From an uncultured virus (IMG/VR IMGVR_UViG_3300025256_000001) (taxonomy: Duplodnaviria > Heunggongvirae > Uroviricota > Caudoviricetes), in the IMG/VR virus record IMGVR_UViG_3300025256_000001: 26,544 nt of DNA; one strand, 5' to 3'. The notes below the pieces were generated by a model. That model saw only the letters and a program-made list of their open reading frames with translations, did not search any database and had not been told where the DNA came from. Below are positions 15,049 to 24,668 of this stretch, in pieces; position 1 is the first letter of the stretch, and each line of letters starts with the position of its first letter. Made by a program: the position numbers and the translations under genes.

Positions 15049-16038
15049 ATGACCACTACGCGTCTTTCGGACGTCATCGTCCCCGAGCAGTGGACCGCAC
15101 CGTTTCTGCTTGCATCTCCCGAGCTGACCGCGTTTTTCCAGTCGGGCATCGTCGCCCACGACGACGTGATCGCCGCGCTCGCGATGGGCGAAGGCTCCAC
15201 GTTCCACCTGCGTCACCTGAACGACCTGGTGAACGACGCCGAGAACATTTCGAGCGACGACAACACCGTCACCAGCACTCCCGACAAGGCCAGCGGTGGT
15301 CAGCAGACGGCCGTCAAGCTGATGCGCAACAAGTCGTGGTCCAGCATGGACCTGGTTGCCGCCCTGACGCACCCCGATCCGGTGTCGGTCATCCGCTCGC
15401 GCGTCGCGAAGTACTGGGCGCACCGCTTCCAGGCGGCAACCATCGCCATCGCCAACGGCATCCTGGCCGCGAACGTTGCGCAGAACGGCGGCGACATGCT
15501 GTACGACGGCTCGGCCGCCGCGATCAGCGGCACCGCGATCCTCAATGCCAAGGCGACCCTGGGCGATGCCGCGGCGAACTTGACCTCCATCGCGATGCAC
15601 TCGGCGCAGTACACCGAGCTGCAGAAGCAAAACCTGATCGTGTACCTGCGCGATGGCTCGGCCGATGTGCATTTCCCGACCTATCTCGGCTATCGCGTCG
15701 TGGTGGACGACGGCATGCCGGTAGACACGAGCGGCGCCGATCCGGTCTATACCGCGGCGCTGTTCGGTGCCGGCGTGTTCCGCATGGGCCTGGGCCAGGA
15801 CAAGGTGCCGGCCGAAGTGTGGCGCAATCCGGCGTCGGGCAATGGCGGCGGCGAAGAAGTGTTCTTCTCGCGTCAGCAGTTCGTTATCCACCCGGCTGGC
15901 TTCTCATACTCGGCCGCGAGTCCGGATGCCGGCGGCGCCGGATTCAACCCGTCGAACACCACGCTCGCGACAGCGGCGAGTTGGTCGCGTGTGTTCCAGC
16001 GCAAGCAGATTCCGCTGGCGTTCTTGAAGTCTAAGTAA
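15049..16038 (+). CDS. Major capsid protein
   Basis: MTTTRLSDVIVPE, AFFQSGIV, IAMHS, TYLGYRVVVDDGMP, IHPAGFS; strong codon bias. Confidence 0.9.
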   Translation: MTTTRLSDVIVPEQWTAPFLLASPELTAFFQSGIVAHDDVIAALAMGEGSTFHLRHLNDLVNDAENISSDDNTVTSTPDKASGGQQTAVKLMRNKSWSSMDLVAALTHPDPVSVIRSRVAKYWAHRFQAATIAIANGILAANVAQNGGDMLYDGSAAAISGTAILNAKATLGDAAANLTSIAMHSAQYTELQKQNLIVYLRDGSADVHFPTYLGYRVVVDDGMPVDTSGADPVYTAALFGAGVFRMGLGQDKVPAEVWRNPASGNGGGEEVFFSRQQFVIHPAGFSYSAASPDAGGAGFNPSNTTLATAASWSRVFQRKQIPLAFLKSK

Positions 16039-16057
16039 TCGGCAGCAGAACCAACTC

Positions 16058-16088
16058 AAGGGGCGGCGAAAGTCGCCCCTTTCTCTTT
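16058..16088 (+). terminator. Terminator after the capsid gene
   Basis: AAGGGGCGGC-GAAA-GTCGCCCCTT-TCTCTTT. Confidence 0.75.
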
Positions 16089-16100
16089 CATAGGTGACGC

Positions 16101-16268
16101 ATGCAACTTATCGACCTCGTTCGCGCGACGTGCTGGAAGGAAAAGCCCGCGCCAACCGTGACCGTTCCGGCTCCGGCGGCACCTAATAAGCCTGCGCAGC
16201 AGACTCAAGAGCAGCAGCACAAAGCTGCCGAGCGCCGCACGCTGACGCTCAGCAAGAAGGGCGCGTAA
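16101..16268 (+). CDS. Small Pro/Gln-rich protein (55 aa, not in the ORF track)
   Basis: AGGTG RBS; MQLIDLVRATCWKEKPAP...RRTLTLSKKGA; ends 1 nt before the next start. Confidence 0.55.
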   Translation: MQLIDLVRATCWKEKPAPTVTVPAPAAPNKPAQQTQEQQHKAAERRTLTLSKKGA

Positions 16269-16269
16269 C

Positions 16270-16803
16270 GTGGCGCTGGTGGTCGAGGATGGCAGCGGCC
16301 TCCCGAACGCTGAGGCATACATCAGCGCGGCCGATGCTGACGCGTACTTCGCTGCCCGAAACAATTCGACGTGGGCCGCCATCCCTGACCAGGCGACCAA
16401 AGAGGCGTATTTGCGCCAGGGGTGCGAGTGGATGGAGGCGCGTTACCGCTGGCAGGGCGTTCGCGCCACGACAGTAACATGCGGCTCATTCTGGGAGCCC
16501 ACGACCTCAACCACGCCGCAGGCGCTTTCCTGGCCACGGAAGCGCGTCATTATCGATGGCGTTCTATTGCCGTACACCGCTGTTCCCCTGGCGATCGTAC
16601 GCGCGAATGCTGAGCTGGCGTTGCGCGCATCAACGGGTGAGCTTGCGCCGGACGAAACGGCGCAGGTCTTGCGCGAGACCATCGGCCCGATCACGACGGA
16701 ATACCAGCCTGGCCACCGCCAGGCGCCATTCTTCGCGCAGGTTGAAGCGATGCTTGCGCCATACACGGTAGGCGGCAGCGGTTGCGCGGTGATTCGCGCA
16801 TGA
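16270..16803 (+). CDS. Head-tail adaptor (DnaT-like family)
   Basis: MALVVEDGSGLPNAEAYIS, QALSWPR, ETIGPITTEY. Confidence 0.82.
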   Translation: MALVVEDGSGLPNAEAYISAADADAYFAARNNSTWAAIPDQATKEAYLRQGCEWMEARYRWQGVRATTVTCGSFWEPTTSTTPQALSWPRKRVIIDGVLLPYTAVPLAIVRANAELALRASTGELAPDETAQVLRETIGPITTEYQPGHRQAPFFAQVEAMLAPYTVGGSGCAVIRA

Positions 16804-17180
16804 GTGAGCTTACATTCTCCTACGCGCGGACAGCCACTTCAGCGACGCGCATGCTGCAGCGCTACGGCGCACCGTGCACGATCAAGCACACGAACCTGGG
16901 CGCATACGATCCAGCGAGCGGCACAGCCGCATCCAACGTTACCAACACGCAAAGCTACTGCGCCGTATTTGCGATGCCGCAAAAGTACATCAACGGCACC
17001 CTTGTCCTGCAGGGCGACCAGCAAGCGTATTGCGCGGCCGGCGCGGTCATCCGGCAGGGCGACACGCTCAATTGTCGCGACTCATTCACGGGCGAGTACC
17101 GGGACTTTCAAGTCATCGACGTGAAGCCCGTGAGCCCCGCCGGCGTGCCCGTGCTGTTTGTGGCGCACATTCGTGGCTAG
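16800..17180 (+). CDS. Head closure / head-tail connector protein
   Basis: ATRMLQRYG, GAYDPASG, INGTLVLQGD, VKPVSPAG; position. Confidence 0.75.
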   Translation: MSELTFSYARTATSATRMLQRYGAPCTIKHTNLGAYDPASGTAASNVTNTQSYCAVFAMPQKYINGTLVLQGDQQAYCAAGAVIRQGDTLNCRDSFTGEYRDFQVIDVKPVSPAGVPVLFVAHIRG

Positions 17181-17760
17181 CAACGGCGAGTCATTCTCGC
17201 TGTCGTTGCATGCCTTCGCAAAGAAAGCGCCCGAGCAAGCGCGGAACGTCGTGCGCAAAGTATCCATTGACCTGCTGTCAGCGACAGTCCTTCGAACGCC
17301 AGTGGGCAATCCTGAGCTGTGGGCAGTGAATCGCATCGCGCGCAACTACAACGCGCAGGTTGCAGACCACAACGCAAATCTGCGGCTCGACCCGGCCAAC
17401 CTGACCAAAGACGGCCGACTGAAGCCCGGACGCAAGTTGAACGATGGCATGGACATCGTAGCGCCGAAGGGGTACGTGGGCGGCCGACTGCGTGCCAACT
17501 GGTTCGTGTCGCTGATAGCCCCCACCGAGATAACGACCGACATCACCGACGCAAACGGCTCGCAGACCATTGCGAACGGAGTGGAAGTGATAGGCCAGGG
17601 CGGAAACGACGGCGACATCTTCATCACAAACAGCCTCCCGTACGCGATCCCTATCGAGTATGGGCACAGCGGCGTGCAGGCGCCGGAAGGGATGGTGCGC
17701 GTGACCGTGGCCGAATTTCAGCAGTACGTACAAGACGCGGTTGCATCGCGCAATGAGTAA
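17173..17760 (+). CDS. Tail completion / neck protein (HK97 gp10-like)
   Basis: RTPVG...GGRLRANW...NSLPYAIPIEYGHS-QAPEGMVR. Confidence 0.78.
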   Translation: MASNGESFSLSLHAFAKKAPEQARNVVRKVSIDLLSATVLRTPVGNPELWAVNRIARNYNAQVADHNANLRLDPANLTKDGRLKPGRKLNDGMDIVAPKGYVGGRLRANWFVSLIAPTEITTDITDANGSQTIANGVEVIGQGGNDGDIFITNSLPYAIPIEYGHSGVQAPEGMVRVTVAEFQQYVQDAVASRNE

Positions 17761-18172
17761 TCAAGCCATCCGGCAATTGCTGGACTCGCGCTTGCAGGCG
17801 TGGGCGCAAGCTCAGCAGCCGGCGCTGGCGGGTGCGTGGGAGAACGTCCCATTCACCCCCACCCCTGGCGCCGCGTACCTGCGTCCATTCCTCCTTCCTG
17901 CGCGCACGGCCGCGGCCGACCTCTCCGGTGTACTCAGCACCTGGCGCGGCGTGTACCAGGTGGATGTCGTCACACCCATCAACGCCGGCCCCGGTGCAGC
18001 CGACGCCATCGCCGACCACCTTGCGGCCTTGTTTCCCGCTTTCCTTCGATTGGTGGGTGGCGACGTCGTGCTGCAGGTTACGTCGCCAGCTGCCGCCGCC
18101 AGGGGCGTACAGGACGCGAACGGTTACACCGTGCCGGTGTCGTTTCAGTACCGCGCCGATTCGATCACTTAA
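17753..18172 (+). CDS. Tail terminator protein (DUF4128-like)
   Basis: AWENVPFTP, YLRPFLLPART, GVYQVDV, VPVSFQYRAD. Confidence 0.8.
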   Translation: MSNQAIRQLLDSRLQAWAQAQQPALAGAWENVPFTPTPGAAYLRPFLLPARTAAADLSGVLSTWRGVYQVDVVTPINAGPGAADAIADHLAALFPAFLRLVGGDVVLQVTSPAAAARGVQDANGYTVPVSFQYRADSIT

Positions 18173-18206
18173 ACCGCCCACACGGGCACAACAGAGGTAA
18201 GTCAAC

Positions 18207-18854
18207 ATGGGCGTTTCCGTACCCAATGGCGCGACTGTATCCATCGCAAACGGCTACAGCGCTTCCGTCAACGTCACAGCCATCTCGAATGCCAAGCCGG
18301 CGGTGGCCACCGCCGCCGGCCATACCTTCACTGAAGGCCAGTTCGTCGAGATCACGTCGGGGTGGGCCGCCCTGAGCAACAAGATCGTGCGAGTCGGCGC
18401 TGTCACGGCAAACACTTTCGAGCTTGAAGACTACGACACCACGCTGCTGACGAAGTACCCGGCGGGCAATGGTGGCGGCTCCGCGCGCAGCATTTCGGGC
18501 TGGACGCCCATTTCGCAGATCATCAACACCACGTCGAGCGGTGGCGATCAGCAGTTCCTGAACTACCAGTTCCTGGAGTCGTCGAGTGAATCGCGCATCC
18601 CAACGATCAAGAACGCCGCGGGCCTGGCGCTGAACATCGCCGATGACACCACGCAAGCGGGCTATGCGCTTTGCGATACGGCCGATTCCGACCGCCTGCC
18701 GCGTGCGATCAAGATCGACCTGCCGAGCGGCGCGCACATTCTGTACGACACCTATGTGTCCCTGAACAAGACGCCCACGCTGACCATCAACCAGCTGATG
18801 GCGCTGCAGGTCACGCTGTCGTTCTTGAACGAGCCGGTGCGCTACGCGTCGTAA
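18207..18854 (+). CDS. Tail tube protein
   Basis: VSVPNGATVSIA, TAISNAKPAVAT, SSGGDQQF, EPVRY; followed by a terminator. Confidence 0.88.
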   Translation: MGVSVPNGATVSIANGYSASVNVTAISNAKPAVATAAGHTFTEGQFVEITSGWAALSNKIVRVGAVTANTFELEDYDTTLLTKYPAGNGGGSARSISGWTPISQIINTTSSGGDQQFLNYQFLESSSESRIPTIKNAAGLALNIADDTTQAGYALCDTADSDRLPRAIKIDLPSGAHILYDTYVSLNKTPTLTINQLMALQVTLSFLNEPVRYAS

Positions 18855-18880
18855 TCGGCGCGGTAGCTGACTTTCCCCTC

Positions 18881-18912
18881 AAGGCCCGGTCGCTCCGGGC
18901 CTTTCTTTTTTT
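18881..18912 (+). terminator. Terminator after the tail tube gene
   Basis: AAGGCCCGG-TCGCT-CCGGGCCTT-TCTTTTTTT. Confidence 0.8.
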
Positions 18913-18929
18913 GATTTTGGGATAACCCG

Positions 18930-19241
18930 ATGGCAAAGCTGAACCTGAAACCCGACCCGACCTTCAATGGAAAGGTGAAGATTCCTGTTGCGGGCAAAGA
19001 GCCCGCCGAGGTGATGTTCACGTTCAAGCATCGATCGCGCGAAGACGTGCTCACGTGGCTGCAGGAAGCCCGGCAGCGCAGCGATACCGATACCGTGATG
19101 GACATGGTTGTGGGTTGGGATCTGGACGACGAGTTCAATCGCGACAATGTGGAGCTGTTGTGCTCGAACTATGCCGGCGCCGGACGCGCGATCATCGAGA
19201 AGTACCTGGCCGAGCTGCGCGGAGAGCGGGAAAAAAACTAA
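18930..19241 (+). CDS. Tail assembly chaperone (gpG analogue)
   Basis: PDPTFNGKVKIPVAG, GWDLDDEF; ends ...EKN at the slippery site. Confidence 0.85.
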   Translation: MAKLNLKPDPTFNGKVKIPVAGKEPAEVMFTFKHRSREDVLTWLQEARQRSDTDTVMDMVVGWDLDDEFNRDNVELLCSNYAGAGRAIIEKYLAELRGEREKN

Positions 19242-19555
19242 TCAGCGTCGCCAGGGCGATCTATGAGCGCGGACCCACCGAGGCGGAATTGTCCGCTCTC
19301 GGCTTCCGGCCCGAAGATTTTGTGAACGCGGTAGATGTGTGGCCTGACAACCTGCAGGCCGCCAACGTGTTCATAGCAATGGCGACGCAATGGCGCGTCG
19401 GCTTTGGCGGCGCGGTAGGGCTGGATTACAACGTGTTGCCATCGGTTTTTCGCCTTATCGGCGTGCCGCGTGCGCAGTGGTCAGACACATTTGAGTGCAT
19501 TCGCGTGATGGAAGGTGAGGCCCTCAAGGTCATGGGTGAACAGAGCAATGGCTGA
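19232..19555 (+). CDS. gpT analogue (DUF1799-like), reached by -1 frameshift
   Basis: A AAA AAC heptamer at 19232-19238; -1 frame gives KLISVARA...VWPDN...TQWRVG...GLDY. Confidence 0.82.
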   Translation, partial: KKLISVARAIYERGPTEAELSALGFRPEDFVNAVDVWPDNLQAANVFIAMATQWRVGFGGAVGLDYNVLPSVFRLIGVPRAQWSDTFECIRVMEGEALKVMGEQSNG

Positions 19556-22406
19556 TATCGCGTCGCTTGGCATACAAGTTACAACGGACGGCGTGCAGCA
19601 GGCGCAATCCGACCTCGACAAACTTGCGGCAACCGGAGACAAGGCCGCGGCATCAACGGACAAGCTGCGGGAGTCATCGCAGAAGTCGGCGCAAACGCTT
19701 CGGGATACGTCGGCGCTCAAAGCTCAACAGGACGCACTCTCCAAGCTTATTGGCCAGATCGACCCCACAGTAGCGGCCTTCGCCAAGCTCGACCAGCAAC
19801 AGGCGAAGCTTGCTGCATTCAGGGTGGCCGGTGCGATCAGCGCCGACGATTTCAAGGCGTACAGTGTGGCGATCGACACGGCGCGCGCGTCGGTTGGTAG
19901 CGCCGCCGCGGCAGTCGAAAAGTTCACCCTGAACAACGCTGCTGCGCGCCGGGAGCTGGGCTATCTCGTCAAGGATATGGCGACTGGCCAGTGGGGCCGC
20001 TTCGACCAGAGCCTGGCGACGCTCGTTACCCGCAGCGGCTTGCTGCAAGTTGCGTTCAGCGCGACAGGTGTCGCTATCGCCGGCCTGGTGGCCGAGGGCC
20101 TGATATTCGCCACTGCCGCAAATGATGCGGCGAGCGCGCAGAACAAATTCAATCAGGCACTCGCGAAGACCGGAGACTACGCCGGTGTATCGACGCAGGG
20201 GATTTCAAAGCTTGCTTCGCAGGTCGCCGGCGCAAGCGGCAACCTGACGCTCGCAAACGAGGTATTGACCGCGCTGGCGGCGAACGGAAAGGTGACAAGC
20301 ACGTCGCTGCTTGCGCTTGGCCAGGCGGCCTTCGATATGGCGCAGCTGACCGGCGAGAACGCCGACAAGGCCGCGGCATCTGTTGCGCAAATGTTCGACG
20401 GCACAGCGAAGAGCGCGGAAAAGGCGAACGAGCAATATCATTTTCTCACGATTGAGATTTACGACCAGATCGCTGCGCTTGAAAAGCAGGGTGACACGCA
20501 AAAGGCTGTCGAGGTAGCGGCTACCGCGTTCCATGACGCAATATCGCCGCGACTCGATCAGATGAACAGCCAGGTGACTGGCATCGCCGCGTCGTGGGAC
20601 AAGGTCAAGGCGGCGTTTAGTGGTTTCTGGGAGCAGTTCAAGACGGGCGCTTCGCTCATCAGCGGCACGGCCGACTTGCAGAGCCAGATTTACTCCCTTC
20701 AGGGACAGAAGGACGCGGCGCAAAATCACGACTACAGCACGGTAGGCAAGATTCGCAACATGTTTTTCGGATCGTCGCTTGTCGATCGATTCGATAGTTC
20801 GTTTGCGCAGTGGTCGCCTGACGACGAGAGAAAGCTGCAGGACCTGCAGGCGCAGCTTTCAAAGAAGATGCAAGATGCGGATGCCGCTGCGCAGTCGCAG
20901 CAAGTGCAGGATGCCGGCATCGCTGGCCAAGCCGCTCTCAATGGCTACCTCAAGAAGTACGAAAGCACAGAACAGCAGCGGCAGGATCAGATCGTCGCGA
21001 TCCACAACGCGGCGAACAAGGCCATTGCCGCCGCGCTGGCCAAGGGCGACCAAGCGTTGGCCGACCAGATCATGCAGCAGGAAGCCACCGCGGACGCGGA
21101 GGCGCGCGCGTCTTGGGCCAAGAAGGGCCGCAAGGCCGATCCCATGGCCCAGCTCACCGGCCTGACCGACAAGGCTATTACGCAGGACTTGATGCCGAAC
21201 GATGCAAGTTCGGCGCAAAACAAGTTGCTCGATGAGCAGGTCAAGAAGCTGCAGGCGATCGCGGACGCCGGCGCCAAGGCTATCGAAAAGGGCGCGAGCC
21301 TAGCTCAAGTACAGGGTGAGGTGGCTACGGGCGTAGCCGCAACGAATGACTACTACAGCAAGCAAGCTGACATTCTGCAGCAAAAGGATATCGCTGCCAT
21401 GGCCGCCTACCAGGCTGCGCTCGACAAGCAAAACGATGCGCTACAACGAAACGTCGATGCTCAAGTCATGCAGGTGAGCCTCGGCGACAAAGAGTATCAG
21501 CGTCAGCAACAGATCAATCAAATCTACCTTCAGAACGCCGATGCGGTGACGAAGCTGCAGGCGCAGCGTAGCGCGCCCGGTGCGGACACCAACCTCATCG
21601 ACCAGCAGATCGCTGCGCAGCAGGCAAACATGGCGAAACAAGTCGCCATCGTGAAGAACGGATATGCGCAGATCGACGCGGTGCAAGGCGAGTGGGAGAA
21701 CGGCGCCAAGAAGGCTTTTGCAAATTTCATTGACCAAGGCCAGAACGTTGCTGGTCTCACGGAAAACTTTTTCACGAGCGCGTTCAACAGTATGACGAAC
21801 GCGATAAGCAATTTCGCCACAACAGGTAAGCTCAACTTCAAGAGCTTGTTTTCGTCGATCTTGGGTGACCTGGCGCAAATGGAGGCGCGCGTCGCCGAAT
21901 CGCAAATTCTATCGAGCATCTTGAGTGCATTCGGCGGCGGCGTCAGCTATGGCGGCGGCTCCGGCGCGGCGACTGGCACCGGCTCGTTTAGCGGCTTCGG
22001 ATCGAGTGGCACGCTCACAACAACGGTTAATGCAAAGGGCGGCGTCTACGACTCGCCTAGCTTGTCCGCGTTCTCCGGCCAGATCGTGGATAAACCTACG
22101 ATGTTCGCGTTCGCCAACGGCGCTGGCCTAATGGGCGAGGCTGGCCCCGAAGCAATCCTCCCCCTGTCGCGTGGTGGCGATGGTCGGCTTGGCGTTCGCG
22201 CAGGTGGCGGTGGCGGCGGCATCAGTATTTCGCAGTCGTTCTCTTTCGACTCCAACGGGAACGGCGCCGGCAACACCACATCGAACGGCAGCAACGCAGA
22301 CACGGCGCGCCAGCTAGGCGACAAGATGAAAGAGATTTCCCGCAACGCAATCGTTGCCGAAATGCGGCCGGGTGGCTTGATTTGGAGGATGCAGAATGGC
22401 GGCTGA
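19548..22406 (+). CDS. Tape measure protein (952 aa)
   Basis: MADIASLGI start, Ala/Gln-rich helices, NAKGGVY...GLMGEAGPEAILPL, RPGG C-terminus. Confidence 0.93.
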   Translation: MADIASLGIQVTTDGVQQAQSDLDKLAATGDKAAASTDKLRESSQKSAQTLRDTSALKAQQDALSKLIGQIDPTVAAFAKLDQQQAKLAAFRVAGAISADDFKAYSVAIDTARASVGSAAAAVEKFTLNNAAARRELGYLVKDMATGQWGRFDQSLATLVTRSGLLQVAFSATGVAIAGLVAEGLIFATAANDAASAQNKFNQALAKTGDYAGVSTQGISKLASQVAGASGNLTLANEVLTALAANGKVTSTSLLALGQAAFDMAQLTGENADKAAASVAQMFDGTAKSAEKANEQYHFLTIEIYDQIAALEKQGDTQKAVEVAATAFHDAISPRLDQMNSQVTGIAASWDKVKAAFSGFWEQFKTGASLISGTADLQSQIYSLQGQKDAAQNHDYSTVGKIRNMFFGSSLVDRFDSSFAQWSPDDERKLQDLQAQLSKKMQDADAAAQSQQVQDAGIAGQAALNGYLKKYESTEQQRQDQIVAIHNAANKAIAAALAKGDQALADQIMQQEATADAEARASWAKKGRKADPMAQLTGLTDKAITQDLMPNDASSAQNKLLDEQVKKLQAIADAGAKAIEKGASLAQVQGEVATGVAATNDYYSKQADILQQKDIAAMAAYQAALDKQNDALQRNVDAQVMQVSLGDKEYQRQQQINQIYLQNADAVTKLQAQRSAPGADTNLIDQQIAAQQANMAKQVAIVKNGYAQIDAVQGEWENGAKKAFANFIDQGQNVAGLTENFFTSAFNSMTNAISNFATTGKLNFKSLFSSILGDLAQMEARVAESQILSSILSAFGGGVSYGGGSGAATGTGSFSGFGSSGTLTTTVNAKGGVYDSPSLSAFSGQIVDKPTMFAFANGAGLMGEAGPEAILPLSRGGDGRLGVRAGGGGGGISISQSFSFDSNGNGAGNTTSNGSNADTARQLGDKMKEISRNAIVAEMRPGGLIWRMQNGG

Positions 22407-22731
22407 TGAGTTCACGTGGCCGATCGCGACGCAGCCCACAGGAACCGAAACGGCGGCCGTTAAAAGCGCCCAGTTCGGCGACAACTATGAGCAGGTCGCA
22501 CAAGACGGCATCAACAATCTGTCGAACATCTGGCCCATCACGGTAAGCGGCCCGTCGTCAATCGTTATCGCCGCGCGCGACTTTCTTCGTGCGCAAGCTG
22601 GCGCTTCTTTCCTATGGACGCCTCCCAAGGATGTGCAGGGAAGGTATCGCGCCTTGCAATGGTCGCTGCAGCCGATGGGTGGCGATGCATACATCCTCAC
22701 AGCAACTTTAAAGCAGGCGTTTTCGCCGTGA
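22396..22731 (+). CDS. Lambda gpM-like distal tail protein
   Basis: FTW, AQFGDNYEQVAQDGIN, SFLWTPP. Confidence 0.88.
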   Translation: MAADEFTWPIATQPTGTETAAVKSAQFGDNYEQVAQDGINNLSNIWPITVSGPSSIVIAARDFLRAQAGASFLWTPPKDVQGRYRALQWSLQPMGGDAYILTATLKQAFSP

Positions 22732-23435
22732 CTGTTTACGCAGATATTCAAAAACTTGAACCTGGCGCAATGGTCGAGCTGTTCGACACTGATATGCGGC
22801 CGATCACCGGAGGCGGCGCCGGTGACGTGCTTCACTACCACGGATACACGCAAGTTGGCTCGATATGGTGGCAGGGCACGGAGTACAAGCCGTGGCCGAT
22901 TGATGCAGAAGGCTTCGTGCTTTCAACTGACCAGCCGCCCGTGCCCAAGTTGAGCTTCGGCAACGTGGACGGCTCCATCACCGCCTTGTGCCTTGCCTAC
23001 CAGGGCTTGGCCGGTGCCATCGTCAAGCGGCATCGAACCTTCGGCCGATATTTGGACGCGGCCAACTTCCCGGACGGTAATCCCACCGCAGACCCCACTC
23101 AGGAATTTCCCCCGGACGTCTGGTTTATCGAGCGCAAGGCGAGCGAAACGAAAGAGGTGGTGCAGTTCGAACTGTCGTCGGCGCTCGACTTTGGCCAGCA
23201 GCAGTTGCCGGCCGGGCTGATCGTCGCCAATTCTTGCCGGTGGCTTTCGCGCGGCGGCTACCGCGGGCCATATTGCGGATACACCGGCGGCCCTGTCGCC
23301 AAAGCCGACGACACGCCCACGACTGACCCGGCGCTGGATGCGTGCGGCGGCCGCCTGTCGTCGTGCAAGCTGCGGTTCGGGGAGAACAACCAGCTGCCTT
23401 ATGGCGGCTTTCCGGCGGCGAACTTGCTCGCATGA
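22728..23435 (+). CDS. Lambda gpL-like tail tip protein
   Basis: DIQKLEPG, WQGTEYKPWPI, Fe-S cysteines C..YRGPYCGY..C....SSCKLRFG..LPYGGFP. Confidence 0.92.
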   Translation: MTVYADIQKLEPGAMVELFDTDMRPITGGGAGDVLHYHGYTQVGSIWWQGTEYKPWPIDAEGFVLSTDQPPVPKLSFGNVDGSITALCLAYQGLAGAIVKRHRTFGRYLDAANFPDGNPTADPTQEFPPDVWFIERKASETKEVVQFELSSALDFGQQQLPAGLIVANSCRWLSRGGYRGPYCGYTGGPVAKADDTPTTDPALDACGGRLSSCKLRFGENNQLPYGGFPAANLLA

Positions 23436-24175
23436 CAGCGCCTGAGACTCTCGCCGCGGTTCACGCGCATGCGCTGGCCGATTACCCGCGCGAGGCGTGC
23501 GGACTGGTGGTAATCGTCAAGGGGCGCGAACGGTATTTGCGATGCCGCAATAACGCGGCAACGCCGAGCGATCATTTCGTGCTTGATCCGGGAGATTACG
23601 CAGCAGCCGAGGATGCTGGTGAGATTGTCGCGATCGTCCACAGCCACCCCGATGTGCCGTCGCGGCCGAGCGAGGGCGATCGCGTAGCGTGCGAAGCCTC
23701 TGGCTTGCCCTGGCTGATCGTCTCTGTGATGCCGGGGCCGGTCATCGCCGAGCAAACGCAGATCGCTCCCAGTGGCTACCAGGCGCCGCTGGTTGGGCGA
23801 AGCTTCCACCATGGCATTCTCGATTGCTGGTCGCTGTGCCGGGACTGGTACGCGCAGGAAATGGGCGTGCAGCTACCCAACCCAGCACGGCCGGACAACT
23901 GGTGGGACGACGGACGCTCGGACCTGTATAGCGCTGACGCGTTTCAAGCTGCTGGATTCACGCCGGTGTTGCTCGCGGACATTCAGCGGGGCGACCTGAT
24001 CTTGATGCAGATTCGAAGCCGCAACCTCGTTCCGAATCATGCCGGCATCTATCTAGGCGGTGGATTGATGCTGCACCATATGCACGGAAGGTTGTCAAGC
24101 CGCGACGTCTTCGGCGGCTATTGGCTTGAAAACACGCGTGCAGTCATGCGATACACTGGGGTGACAGAGAAGTAG
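23432..24175 (+). CDS. Lambda gpK-like tail tip assembly protein (JAB + NlpC/P60)
   Basis: YPREACG, VHSHPD, DCWSL, PNHAGIY, MLHH. Confidence 0.92.
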   Translation: MTAPETLAAVHAHALADYPREACGLVVIVKGRERYLRCRNNAATPSDHFVLDPGDYAAAEDAGEIVAIVHSHPDVPSRPSEGDRVACEASGLPWLIVSVMPGPVIAEQTQIAPSGYQAPLVGRSFHHGILDCWSLCRDWYAQEMGVQLPNPARPDNWWDDGRSDLYSADAFQAAGFTPVLLADIQRGDLILMQIRSRNLVPNHAGIYLGGGLMLHHMHGRLSSRDVFGGYWLENTRAVMRYTGVTEK

Positions 24176-24183
24176 GGGGATTC

Positions 24184-24603
24184 ATGCGAAAGGGACTGTG
24201 CTTCGCGCCGGCGCTTGCCGCCGCACTGCTTGCCGCTTGCTCCACGTCGCCGGTGTCTGAATCGAAGGCGCGGCAGGCGCAGCCTGACCACGTGTTTGCG
24301 TACCAGACCGCGAATGGCGCGCACGGCGACGTCACCATCACGCGCGACTCCGGAATGATGGGTGCGGGCTGCCTTCTGTCGGTGTTCGTGAATGGCACGG
24401 AGGCAGCGAAGCTCGGCACGTCCGAAAAAGTGACACTGCAACTCGCGCCCGGTCGCTGGAACCTTGGTGCCGGCTACACTTCGGCGATCTGCGGCGGCGC
24501 GAGCAGCCGGCGCGCGGTGCAAGTCGCCGTCGAAGCCGGCGACCATCTGCACTACCGTCTGGCCACGACGCAAGACGATTTGAGCATCGTCGCAACCGAT
24601 TAA
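24184..24603 (+). CDS. Lipoprotein moron between K and I
   Basis: Signal peptide with LAAC lipobox; beta-rich body TRDSGMMGAGC; own terminator. Confidence 0.82.
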   Translation: MRKGLCFAPALAAALLAACSTSPVSESKARQAQPDHVFAYQTANGAHGDVTITRDSGMMGAGCLLSVFVNGTEAAKLGTSEKVTLQLAPGRWNLGAGYTSAICGGASSRRAVQVAVEAGDHLHYRLATTQDDLSIVATD

Positions 24604-24626
24604 AAGAACCGTATTGCTGATCCAGT

Positions 24627-24655
24627 AAGCCCGCCATGTGCGGGCTTTTTTATTT
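24627..24655 (+). terminator. Terminator after the lipoprotein gene
   Basis: AAGCCCGC-CATGT-GCGGGCTT-TTTTATTT. Confidence 0.8.
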
Positions 24656-24668
24656 CCCGGATTCGACC

